From positions 109,553 through 173,552 of the forward strand of contig NIVC01002438.1 of assembly GCA_002269645.1 (NCBI GenBank): a stretch of 64,000 nt of DNA, read 5' to 3'. Numbering within the stretch: position 1 is the stretch's first letter; each line of letters begins with the position of its first letter. A program made the position numbers and the translations under genes. This document shows positions 25,109 to 40,884 of the stretch, in pieces. The notes beneath the pieces are model-generated. The model saw nothing but the letters and a program-made list of their open reading frames with translations. It had not been told where the DNA came from and ran no database searches. The stretch is from Macrostomum lignano (lineage: Eukaryota).

Positions 25109-26837
25109 CAGATTCGAAATGGTGCGCACGGTATTTATATACTCGCAGAATGAGTGCATTAAAACAACTGGTGGGCCTCTTGGCAAAAAATACGTCAACC
25201 TAATCGTTTTCGCATGTGCAAGAGCTTTCAGTGAATTAATAGCGCACGTTAGTAACACCCTTTTGAGTCAGTGAACTGTTAGTAATAAATATTCGTAATT
25301 AATAACTTCACGTAATAACGACAACTTTCTATTAGCCCTGTCACACTTGAAATTACTTTTAATTATAGTGCCAAACAACAAGTTCAGTCATTTTAATACT
25401 TTGAAACACAATTTTTATAGTAAGAGTTACGTTTTTATGGAACATCAAAGTTGAGAAAGGGTTTATTTTGAATCCCCGCCGTTTTTTTTAGTGACCGCAT
25501 TTTTTGTAGATATAAAAGCCAATAGCGGAACCGCGAACAGTAAAGGCGTAGAGAGCCAATTGGAGAGGGAGAAATATCCCAATAGAAATATTCGAATTGA
25601 ACAACCAATGGGAAGTCGTATATGACAAAAGCAAATCCGTACTGAAATTCACACCGGGCAACTTCGATCCATTGGAGGGCGCTGCTTTAGGACTTAGTCA
25701 CCCCCCTCCTCTTTCCTAGCTAAACAGTGTCTTGCCGCTCGGGCACTGCGCGCTACCAGGGCAATCCGTGCTTACGTGAAAGCCCATAATCTTAACTCCG
25801 TGACACCGTATTTTTGTAGTTCATAACGACCCAGTGAAAAAAATGATATGGATTCCATGTGGATTTTTCATATGAAATCCATATGTGCATTTGTCTCCGT
25901 CCATCCATGTGGAATCAAGATATGGATTCCACATGGAAGATCCACATGGAAGTAATTATGTATTTCACATAGAATCCACATTGTCATTGAGTAAGCAGCC
26001 ATTATACTGGTTGCCATAATAAATTGTTGCATCCTAAATCTCAAAATAATACCAGATCTCAAAATTTCATACAAACCCCAGATCTCAATACCATATAAAA
26101 GAAACTGAAACACAGATAAAACATTAGCTATAGCCAAAAATATTTCTGCACAAAAATATATTCAAAAAGGATGTATCAATAAGTAAGGTGTATTTATGTA
26201 CAGTAGTGAGTCACTAGCACACAAAGAATAAACACACTGATGTAGATATTGATATCTTTAAAGTTGCGCTGCGCATATGATATAATATATAATTTGAAAT
26301 TGACATTGTCAATAGCATTAATTAATTAACAATAATATAATGCACCAGAATTAGAACAGTCAGAAACATGCTGCTGCCAATTGCCAGAATGCTGCTTCTT
26401 CAGGTCAGGTGAGCAACCTTAGAAAAGAAAGGGGTTAAATTACAGAATTTTATAACAGATTGATAACAGATTTTGTAATAGATTTTTATAGATTTTGATC
26501 TTATAACAGATTTTGATGACAGAAAAAAATCAGTTTATAACTAAAACTTACCATTGCTTCACAAAAGGTAGCATTCGAGATATTAAATTCCAATTCCAAG
26601 TAGCTTTGCATGCTTCTTCAAAGGCAAGACCAAGGTGACATCCAAGTTTAAGGATGGGCCATGTAATGTTAGGCTGAAATGAAATAGAAAAATAATTGTT
26701 GCCAATTAAGATTGATAGATAATATTGATATAATTCATAAAACTAATTTAAGGATGAATACTTAATAAAGTTTATTTTAAAATTAACTAGGCCTAAGTCT
26801 TAGGTTTATTTTTTTAGTGCAAAGTGTGCATATGCCT

Positions 26838-26930
26838 TCGCCAGGGGTTAGCGAAATGGGCAGCAATGCCTCCTCGCTGTTTCCAGATGCACAGAGCCCC
26901 CTGCAGCTAAGTCAAGTAAGTCAAGTGCAC
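26838..26930 (+). mobile_element. 3'-terminal fragment of a second LOA-like LINE family
   Basis: CGCCAGGGGTTAGCGAAATGGGC..GAGCCCCCTGCAGCTAAGTCAAGTAAGTCAAG is near-identical to 44670-44730. Confidence 0.75.
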
Positions 26931-27316
26931 CCTAAATCTTAAAATTGTACCTTAAAAACTGAAATTAAAAAGTTGATACAGTTTAGGTGCGATCTCATTA
27001 CCTATTTTTATGTTGAAGCCTTATTTGCATTGCCTTTATATAAGAAAAAAAAGAAACTACATTCTAAGCCTTAAAATCATAAAACCCTAAGTGAGCATAG
27101 GGTATGATTTTGCACCTTGTCTCTAGCAAAAAAGAAAACCCTACCTAAGTCAATCAATAAAATAAAATTAATAAAATTAAAATAATAAGTATAAAAATAA
27201 TTAATATATGTTTCTATAAATTTAATTTTTATTTTAAAATTGATTTTAGACTATAAAGTATTTAGGCAAAGCAATGCATGTTTTTCATATTTGCTGGCCT
27301 AGTATGATTAAAAGGG

Positions 27317-27660
27317 GGGCCGTAGCCAAGTAGTAGCGCAGCTGCTCTGGTGTGCCAACGACCCAAGCTCAAATCCAAGTACAGTCATATTAATTTGGGG
27401 CTGAATTGGAATCTCAGCTTGGCTCTCTGCTCATGCAATTAATGGCCTTAAGAGCCAACCCCCCAAGGCACAGTGAAGTATACATGCCTAACGATAAATA
27501 AAGCTAGGGCCGCTGTACATTCCTGTATGAGTGTGCTTGCATACATATCCGCACACTTGTGTGCCTGCTTAGGGGAGTCGGCGGAATAGGCAGCAATGCC
27601 TCTTGCCAGTTGTATGCCTATGTTGCTTAAAGTGCGCCAGGGTGCACACAACCCCCCTGC
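27317..27660 (+). mobile_element. Degenerate tRNA-derived SINE (different family)
   Basis: A-box-like TAGCCAAGTAG and B-box-like GCTCAAATCC at tRNA spacing. The 3' boundary is uncertain. Confidence 0.4.
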
Positions 27661-28424
27661 CTCTAATAAAAAAATAGTATAATTAAACATTAGGCCTAAC
27701 CTAAGCCTAAATAGCTATGCCTTATGGCTTAAAATTAAATTCTGGACTTGGCCTAAATCAGATCAAATTTACAATAATCATTCTTTATTTTTAATAGCAA
27801 CCTTAGGGATCTGCTAGGCTAGCTATGCCAAAAGCAAGTTGCAAGTGTAATTGCAAAGAATTATTTATTATAATTAATAATATTGTTTTTAAAAATGCAA
27901 CAAGTCCAAAAGATGCTAACAGACTTTTTTGAAGAAAATCATAAATTAATTGATTTTTAACATATTAACTAGATTGACTAGTCACAATTCACAAAGTCAA
28001 GCTAGTCCTAACCTTAATTAAAATAGAAGGACCTAAATTGATAGTTATAGCAGGCCTAGCTTAAAATACACCTATTAAGCATACATATAAATAGATAGGA
28101 CTAATAGGTAGGACTAAGAGGAAATTATGAACTTCTAAAGGCCTATTTAAGTTAAAAAAATGAGTAGCCAATCTATGGACATGGCCATGGGATTCCTAGA
28201 AATTGGAGGCCTAGGCCTAAATAAATTTATCATGGATTTTACCAAAAGTATTAGGCCTATCTATGATAAAATACTGATTTATCTAATTTCTAATCTCATG
28301 GAGGCTATGGCCTGATAAGTTATTGCCTATAGGCTAGGTCTACTAAAATTTTTAAGGTGCTTAAATAGCCATAAACAAGGCAATTTATCTTTCAAGGCCT
28401 TGAACCAAAACATTGACGAATATA

Positions 28425-30395
28425 GTAGTAGTAGTAGTAAGTTGGCTCAGGCAAGAAGCCTGTTTGGCCAATATATTTCTATGTATTTAAGATTGCTTCA
28501 GGAATAGGAGACAATATTTTAGCACTAGTTATTTAATTATGATTAGTACGAGTTTTGCAAAATGGTATTTGAAAGAACGCGGAAAAGTTATTAACGATAC
28601 TTGGACGACTAACGAAGCGAAAGAAAAAGCAAGGAGTTAAAAAAAGTATTGCAGTTAATAAAAGTAAAAACGAAAGAAAAATGAACAAGAACGAACTTCG
28701 AAGGGACTTTACGTTAAGCGAATGACGACGATTTAAATAGGTATTAGATAGGAAACTAATTAAATACTAGTTAAGTGCTAATTAAGTAGGAAATTAAAAA
28801 TGGGAAAGGCGGATTTATTTCACTGCTGATATGTCTGTTTCAGTTTGCATAACTGTTTTAGCTATTCATGACTTCATATATTTTAGCTACACCAGTGAGC
28901 TCTTTTCTGACTCTTTTTTCATTTGTAGCATATCCTAACTTGTGTACTTGCTTGTCATTTAGGAGGTACTGACAGAAGTATTTTTTTCTGAACTTTTCGG
29001 TTTGTGGACATTCGGTCAAGTAGTGTAGGATATCGGAACCATTTCTCGCTCCACACAGTCTACATGGTTCATGAGAGAAAATGTTGGGTGTAATTTCGCA
29101 TTTCAGTTTTAGGAGGGTTGTTAGGAATTTTTTGTTTCTAAAAGTGCATGGAAAGTAATCTGAAAGGTCAGGCCTGCAGATTTTTTTGTAGAGATAGGCG
29201 TTTTTATAGAGTTTAATATGTTGCTGATTCTCTAGCTTTTGGCTAAGTTCTCTTTCTCTGTGTATCTTGAGGTGCTTTTTCACTAGGTATTTCTCGTTAT
29301 TAAAGCTTTGGGAAAGTTTATCTTCAGTTAGTGCTTTTAAGTCTATACTTTCCAGTTTCTTTAGTATATTTGTTTTCCATGGATTTTTTTGGCTGGTGTT
29401 TGAGTAGAAAATTTCTAGTGTCGTTTGGCAAAGTTTTTGATGTCTAATCTTCAGCCAGTAGGTAAGATAGGTTTTAGCAATTCGTTGGGAGATTGGAGTA
29501 AGCTCAAGTTCTGATGATATCACACTGTTGCTAGCAAATTTTGGTAGATTGAGGAGATATTTGTAGAATTTCAGCTGAATGTTATCAATAGCTTTTGTTT
29601 CAGAAATGGTAGCCAGAGGGCCCCAGAGCTCACAGCCGTACGTGATAACGGGGGTGACAAGCGCGTCGAATAGTCTGCGAATGAGTGTGATGTCCAGGGA
29701 CGTATTTTTTACCTTGTGGAGTAGGGAAAACATAGCTGAATAACCCTGCTTAGTTTGATGTTCAATACATTTTTTAAAGCTGTTTTTTGGTTCAAAAATA
29801 ATTCCCAGGTATTTAAATTCATTTACTTCCTCTATTTCTTGGTTGTCGTAGATTATTTTTGTAGCAAAACTTTCTGTGTCATTTTTTTGTCTGGTACTGC
29901 CCTGCATAAACTTTGTTTTGCTTGCATTAACTTTCAAGTAGTTTTGCTTGCAGTAATTTTCCATAGTTGTAAATGTGTCTTGAAGTTCATCTTTGTTTTT
30001 AGCTAGAATGGCTTGATCGTCCGCAAAGAGCAGGATGAGTGGGAAAGCAGATCTCGTAAGAGAGCGCCTAGCGCTAGAGAGTTCAAGATATTCAACAATG
30101 TCGTCAATATATAGTTCAAAAAGGATGGTAGAGAGAGGGTTACCTTGAAGAACACCTTTAGATATTGGGATTGGCTGGGTTTCATCATCATCATCATCTT
30201 TCTTTAGAATGAAACAGGCATTTTTATGCATGTTCTTGATAAGTTCTGTCATTTGACCTTTAATACCTTGGTTATCCGTTTTGTGCCAAAGGGTCGGTTG
30301 ATTTAAGCTATCGAAGGCTTTTTCATAGTCAACAAAACCGATAAAGAGTTCATTTTTGTTGTAGATGGACTGGTTTATAATGTTATAATGTTTAT
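28425..30395 (-). mobile_element. 5'-truncated AT-rich non-LTR retrotransposon (RT + C-terminal CCHC-like motif; CR1/L2/RTE group unresolved), nested in element 3
   Basis: Frame continues upstream of the 464-aa ORF (FVDYEKAFDS). Motifs KGVLQGNPLSTILF, LLFADD, FKYLG, ITYGCELWG, CRLC..DILHYLTECP. A (TAC)n tail lies near 28425. Confidence 0.88.
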
Positions 30396-31495
30396 AATAT
30401 AAAATAAAATAAATTTAATTTTAAAAAGCACGAAGCGTTTTTTATTGTTCACTTCTACTTTGTCTATTTTAACAAACAGTGTCTTATTTGCCGATTATAA
30501 TTTAGCTTTAAGATATTAATTTTAACTTAAAAACATATAAATGTAATAATTAATTATAGTAATTTCCTAAAAATGTCTGAATGTGGTGTATCACAGTTTT
30601 TTATCGAAGTGGATTCCATGTTGAATCAATATACGCTTATTTCTCATGAATTCCTTGTAAAATCCACATCAACATTAGGACAGTAAAAATAAAAAAATAA
30701 TGCATAAAAAATACTTTGCATACCATTATGTCATCTTTAAGTTAATAATTTGCAAAAAATAAAGAAACATTTAAATTCCACATGGCCACGTGGAACCCAC
30801 GTGGAATCCATGAATCATTTTTCACTGGGGAGCCTGATAGCTAAGTCTTATGAAATTCTAGAATTATAGCAAATTTCACCCCAGTACAACTTGGTAACAG
30901 CAGTGGAATTGTGAATAGGCATAAGAGTCACCTACAACAACTTACCACAATTTGGTGACAATTGTAGGATTCCCAACTTAGCTTAATTACCCCTCCAACA
31001 AAGTAACGAATCCAGATTGGAGTAAAAAGTTACGTCGCTTAATTCTTTAAGGTTTATTAAATAAATTGATTGAAAAGATAGTTTATCATGGCAACAGGTG
31101 ACAAGTCTCAAAAAATACTTTTTCTCGAAACAAAAATAGCGTAGGTATCAGAGTTAAGAAATAATTAATTTCCCAGATTCTCTGTTTTGTCCTAAAGCTT
31201 AAAATTCCAACAAAAAAGATTTGTTCACATTCGTGTTACATGTTCCTCACTTCTTTTTAAATTATTCACTTACAGAAATAAATATTTTGAGCTTGTTGAA
31301 TAGATTTTAAATAATGGTTTCTCATCATTGATCTTCTGTATTTCTTATATCTGTGTGCATAATTTAATTTTAGATAAAAGCAAATGACACTAAATTTTTC
31401 TTTTAGTCTCAATTATTGAATCGAAAGACAGCAGTGATTACTAAATGCAACAATTAATTATTTTAACTGTACTGTTGTCTGTAGTTTGTTTGAAA

Positions 31496-32091
31496 TTGGC
31501 AGTGCTTATCCCCACAGTACCGTAAGAATAATTTCTGTCTTATTCCAACGGTACCGTGGGGATAATTTTCTGCTTATCCGCACGGCACACTGACGAGTTA
31601 GCTGCCCCATCTTCTACATATGCCGTGGGTTCATAATTTAGTTTAGTACTTACGGTTTGAGTGCAGTATAACAACATAACTTTGCTTGGCCATTATTTTT
31701 ATAGAAGTAAAGATTTAGTGGCTTTTTTACGCAAAAAACACTTTTTTGTATTTATGACGTATGATTTAAGATGAATTGCTCTAGTAATTCTTTACAATTT
31801 GAGAACTTTTAGCAACTAGTCTAATCCCGAGATCCCCGAAAAGTCCATTGCCGCTGCTTCTGTAGACTTCTTACTAGACATGTAAATTCTCAATTTGTTT
31901 GTATAGATTATTGCATTGCTTCAAAAATTCACCCGTGTGGATAAGCAGAAAATTATTCCCACGGCATATGTAGAAGATGGGGCAGCTATTTCGTCAATGT
32001 GCCTTGCGGATAAGCAGAAAATTATCCCCACAGTACCGTTGGAATAAGACAGAAATTATTCCTACGGTACCGTGGGGATAAGCACTGCCAA
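31496..32091. mobile_element. Foldback/MITE with ~130-bp near-perfect TIRs
   Basis: 31496-31630 is the reverse complement of 31958-32091 (TTGGCAGTGCTTATCCCCAC...). No clear TSD, so the superfamily is unassigned. Confidence 0.85.
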
Positions 32092-33573
32092 AAGCTAATG
32101 GTTAGGGCAATTTTAGTCTTTATACAGTTTTTTTTTCATTATAAATATACACAATATCTAGCTTAATTTAAATAAACTTAATAAGCTTAGGGCCTAGGGC
32201 TAGGCCTACTTACTTTTTGAAGTTATATCTTTTTGTTTTATTGCTTTCTTAGTCAATAAATAGATTGTCTAGGCCTATCTTTGATTTTAGGCCTAGTTGT
32301 AATGTTATCATGTTAGTTTCTATGGCATATATAAGTTAAGTTGTCATATTGATTATTGGTTGTCATTAATATGAAACTTTATTAACTAGGCTTTAATACT
32401 AAGCCTACTATAATAGGCCTAGGTCTATTTAAATTAAAATGTTTAGTTTTGAATATATTATTTATGGCAAAATCCAAAACGTGGGATAAAACAATAAAAC
32501 AAATCTGCAGACATTTGATGAAAGGTAATGTATCTAAAAAAGCTTTTTGAAAGATAGATAAGTCTTCAAAAATAGTTCTGGATAAAAACTATTGTTTTTA
32601 TGCTTTATATCATTGAATAAATAAGTAAAAAACTACAAAAAAGCATTTTAAAAGTCTAAGTTAACTGATTTGCAATTTTTTGTTTCACTTTTTTCATTAA
32701 TAAACTATTAATTGATAGACTTATGGACCTTAGAGAAGGCTAATTTTTTAATACCTTAAAAAAACAGAAAGTAATCTATGTTTTATTTATTATTTTATTT
32801 AAAAAGATGAAGTATTTCTAAGGATTTCTAAGTTTTTCTAAAACCACATAAACTCGCAAAAATTCATACAAATTTAAAGTGCAACATTTGCCAACAAACA
32901 TCTTTTTCTACAAGTAAATATTGAAGTGAAATGAAGGCGTCGTTAGCAAGAGGATGGGAGAAATCAGCCAATAAGCGCGTGATGCGTGAACAAGCATCCA
33001 GCCTTAGCAGCAACTCCCCAGATGCACAAGATCTGCATGCCTAAAAATAGTCCTAATGATCAGCAAGCAAGAAGCCCAGCCATGCGACCCTCGCGTGATG
33101 CATGCACAACCTCTAACCGACACTGCCTATTGGGCCTCAAAATCCCACTCTCTCCCCCTACTGCTCCTATTCCTCGTTGCTCGCGTACAGTGTGCTAGCT
33201 TATAAAATATACTGATTGAAGAGGAAAGATCCTCGCCTGAAGTTTGAGAATGTGACTCTAGAGATCACACAGAGAAAGTTACCATTGAGGTCCATTGTTC
33301 GTTGTCTTCCTGAACTGTTGGCAGAAGGAAACGATAATATGGGAAAAAACCCATACTTACTTACTTACTTACTACTGACGGGGGGCGCAGGCGCCGCGAA
33401 TAGGCCGCGAGGCCCCTATCGCAACCCCAAGGTAAAAGAGCACAAGGATTAGCCTTGGGGGTGCGCCCAGTCCCCGCCAGTAGTCGGCAGGTCCGCAGTG
33501 GAGGCATCGGCGACCCTCATCCGGCCGGAGTCCCGGACGAAGGCGCGGAGGTCTCGGATATTGTCCGCGGTGG

Positions 33574-37712
<4,139 letters not shown>

Positions 37713-37880
37713 TCAATATACTGCTAATTCCTTGTTGCAAAATAATTTTTACATTGTTTTCTTTCATTTAAATATCAACTTGCATAGTATTAGTTTATGC
37801 CCTATTGGAATAAAAGTTGAAAACCTACAGACATGTGCTTTAGAGTAGAGTCAAATTATTTTACCGCACTTTAGCATTAT

Positions 37881-38216
37881 TAGAGATGTTCCATTGCAAT
37901 TGACGAAATCATTCGTTTCAATCTGTCAAAATCAAAATTTGATAACTTTCTGAAATTGAAATTGAAAACTTGAAATTTTCCAAAATCAAAATTCAGAAAA
38001 ACAAAGTTTAATATGACTAACACTTACTTTTTTACATTTTGATTTACTGCTTATGCAAAACAAAATATATGTATATGTGGCAGAAATTATTCACTGTTTA
38101 TTTTTAGCCTCTTAGACACTTTCAAAATTTTGACTTCCAATTTTTTTTAAATTGAAATTTGCTCTTAAAAATTTTGAGTTTTGGAAAATTGAAATTGAAA
38201 TTTTGGAACATCACTA
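37881..38216. mobile_element. hAT-Ac-type MITE
   Basis: TIR TAGAGATGTTCCA / TGGAACATCACTA. 8-bp flanks AGCATTAT / GGTATTAT (two transitions). Confidence 0.6.
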
Positions 38217-38480
38217 GGTATTATTAATGACAAGTGTATAGGCTCCTTCTACAGAGGTATTAGGCCTCCTTCCATGTATATTTATTTGCTTAAGCAGCAG
38301 CCAGCAGGAAAGGGCACTGCGTGTGCAGGCGCTGTGCGCCTGTGCATGCACTGCGCTTTAGAAAAATTTCAAAAGTGTGCCAGATGCCGTCCGCAGTTTT
38401 ACCACCTTTTTCTATAGGGAGTGTATGTAATATACTTATATTTAGACTTGAAAATTTTGGGTAAAAATGATACCACAAAA

Positions 38481-38990
38481 TGTGAACCTGGCATCCAAAT
38501 CAAATGCTTCCTGTAGACTTATGAGGCAACAAAGAACAATGAAATTACACTTAAATATATACCATTGCGTTGTGTATGCAAGAAAAAAAAGAATTTTCCA
38601 AATCACTTCAGTAGAAGCTGAATAAAATGCAATTTTCCTATGTGTTACCTGGCTTCCAAATCAGATGCTTACTGTATGCTTATTAAGCGATGAAGAACAA
38701 TGAAATTATACTTAAATATATATTATCGCAGTATGTATGCAAGAAAAAAATAGTTTTCCAAATCACTTTAGTAGAAGCTAAGTAAAATTCAATTTTCCAA
38801 TCCTTATGGGAATTCTAATGTGTTACCTGGCTTCCAAATCAGATGCTTACTATATGCTTATTAAGCGACAAAGAACAATGAAATTATACTTAAATATATA
38901 TTATTGTGGCGTGTATGCAGGAAAAAAAGAATTTTCCAAATTGCTTTAGTAAAAGCTGAGTAAAATGCAATTTTCCAATCCTTACAGAAA
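38481..38990. repeat. Three tandem copies of a ~160-180-bp unit
   Basis: Units begin TGTG(A/TT)ACCTGGC(A/T)TCCAAATC at ~38481, 38641 and 38819. Confidence 0.85.
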
Positions 38991-40884
38991 TTTGTTTGCT
39001 TAAATAATAAACTTTCATTGAATATAATTTATTGTAAAAAAACTCTACAAAATACACATTGTCAAGAGTAATGAAGGTGTTAAACAAATAAACCCTAAAA
39101 AATAATTTTAAATATGTTGTAGAATTATAGAGTGTATCATTGTAAGATATTTAAAGTTAATAAATACATTATTAGAGCTTTTCTATAATTTTTATTAGAG
39201 TCATTTTAGGTTGTAATTTAACTTACTATTTTAACAAACCTATAAAAAATAAGGCTATACATGAATAATTTGTGCTTGTAGAGATGTTTTTAACTTTTTT
39301 AAACTTAAATAAAATTATTTTTATAGCTTTTTTGCTTTAAAATTGCCAAAAACAAATTTTCAAAAAACTTGCCCCTGATTTTTGGATCTTGCCTTATATT
39401 TAAAACTAAAAAAACAATTGATATATTCTTAAAACATTTTTTAATTTTTTTGTATTATTATTGTCATTGAACTTCAATATATTATATAAGGCAATTATAG
39501 ACACTAGTGCCCAATTATATTTCATGAAATATTTAAGTCATTGAAATGAAATATTAGAATTATAGTTATACTTAGAATTTTATTTTTTTAATACCAATTT
39601 TGAATTATTTTGTATAGATTTTTATTTGAATTATTGCTAGAACAATTGCTTGTACATTTTATCCTAATGTTCTACCTCAATACCTAAACTGTTATGAACT
39701 ACATAGTCCACTTTTTGCATTGCATGCAATGATGGCATGTTCTGAAAGGCAGTAGCTTGTACATGTTGCCTCTTCACTTCTGAACAGCAAATCTGGTGAT
39801 AAATTTAAACAGTATGGATTATCACTGGACCCTTATCCTACATTGTGTTCAAGTTCCTAAGTTGTCAGAAATGGTTGAGCACATCAATTTTCGAAAGTTA
39901 CTGCCAATCAATATCTCAATCAAATGTTAACTTGTGCCAGAATTGATCAGCAGATAAATTGTTATCAGCAGCACAATGTTGGAGGCCATTCAGTAAGCAA
40001 GACCACAGTAAAGCTCAATGTTCTAAAGAGGCTTGGTGAAGACACTTAAGAGAATGTCTGACCAGTCCAAGTGCCAAAGGAGGAACGAGGCAAAAGGCGA
40101 AGTTCTGCAAGAGGAGGAGGATCAGGAGCTGCTGACAAGCAGGACAAGAATGCTGAGTCAACCGAGTCAGAAACTGATATCGATGCAAATGCTTCTGGCA
40201 GCGACAGCGACACCTTTGATGAGAATTGGCTCAATTTTATCGCATTTAATGCACTGGCTTAGAGTTCGTTTTTTTTTATTGTTTCACCTTTCTGTATGAC
40301 ACAAAACCAAATGAAACAAGATGGAAAAGGAAGCAAAGCCTTATTAACATTTAACATTATTAACTGCTACATATAAGTGCTAAGAAAAATGAATTGAGAA
40401 ATGTACCAGTCTTGTGTTATTTTTTCGTCTTTGTTAATTTTAAGGTAAAGTGGAGGAAACACCCAATGTAATGCACAAACACGAAAAAATATTACCTCAA
40501 AGATTCGCAAACTTTTGGTGAAAAATACGTGAAAAACGCTATATCTCATACGTAAATTTTACGTACCTCATAGGTAAATTCGTAAAAAGTTTTTTTTCGT
40601 ACAATTTATGTAAATTTTCGTTTATTTGTCAGGCGGCTTACTGAGCGGCCGTCGCCAGGCTGTGTTGCAGGGGTCTCTCCTGCAGATGCTTGAGAACCGA
40701 ACTGTGCTTGGCAGGAGGGAAGGGTTTGTAAGCCTTTTAGCGATCCTTTCCAATGAACCAACAATTGTGCATAATTGCAGCTTCCAGTTATTATAAAAGT
40801 TTTATCTTAGCCAGCCATTTGAGTCTAGAATACTGTCGTTGCTAGCACACTTGCCTATGTGTTCCAGGCCACAAACAAACACAA

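Larger units (their letters stand above)
25830..30829. mobile_element. Non-autonomous CMC/EnSpm-like element 3
   Basis: Termini CCCAGTGAAAAAAATGAT / ATCATTTTTCACTGGG, 2-bp TSD GA, and CCACATGG/GGATTCC subterminal repeats at both ends. Confidence 0.82.

Noticed and set aside
20652-30899. LTR bounded by TGTTACT...GGTAACA
   Set aside because: The flanks (AAATT vs GCAGT) give no target-site duplication.
39800-40030. Ulp1-like protease remnant (HWTLIL, LLPIN)
   Set aside because: The motifs are in the wrong order, interrupted by stops, and there is no catalytic Cys motif.
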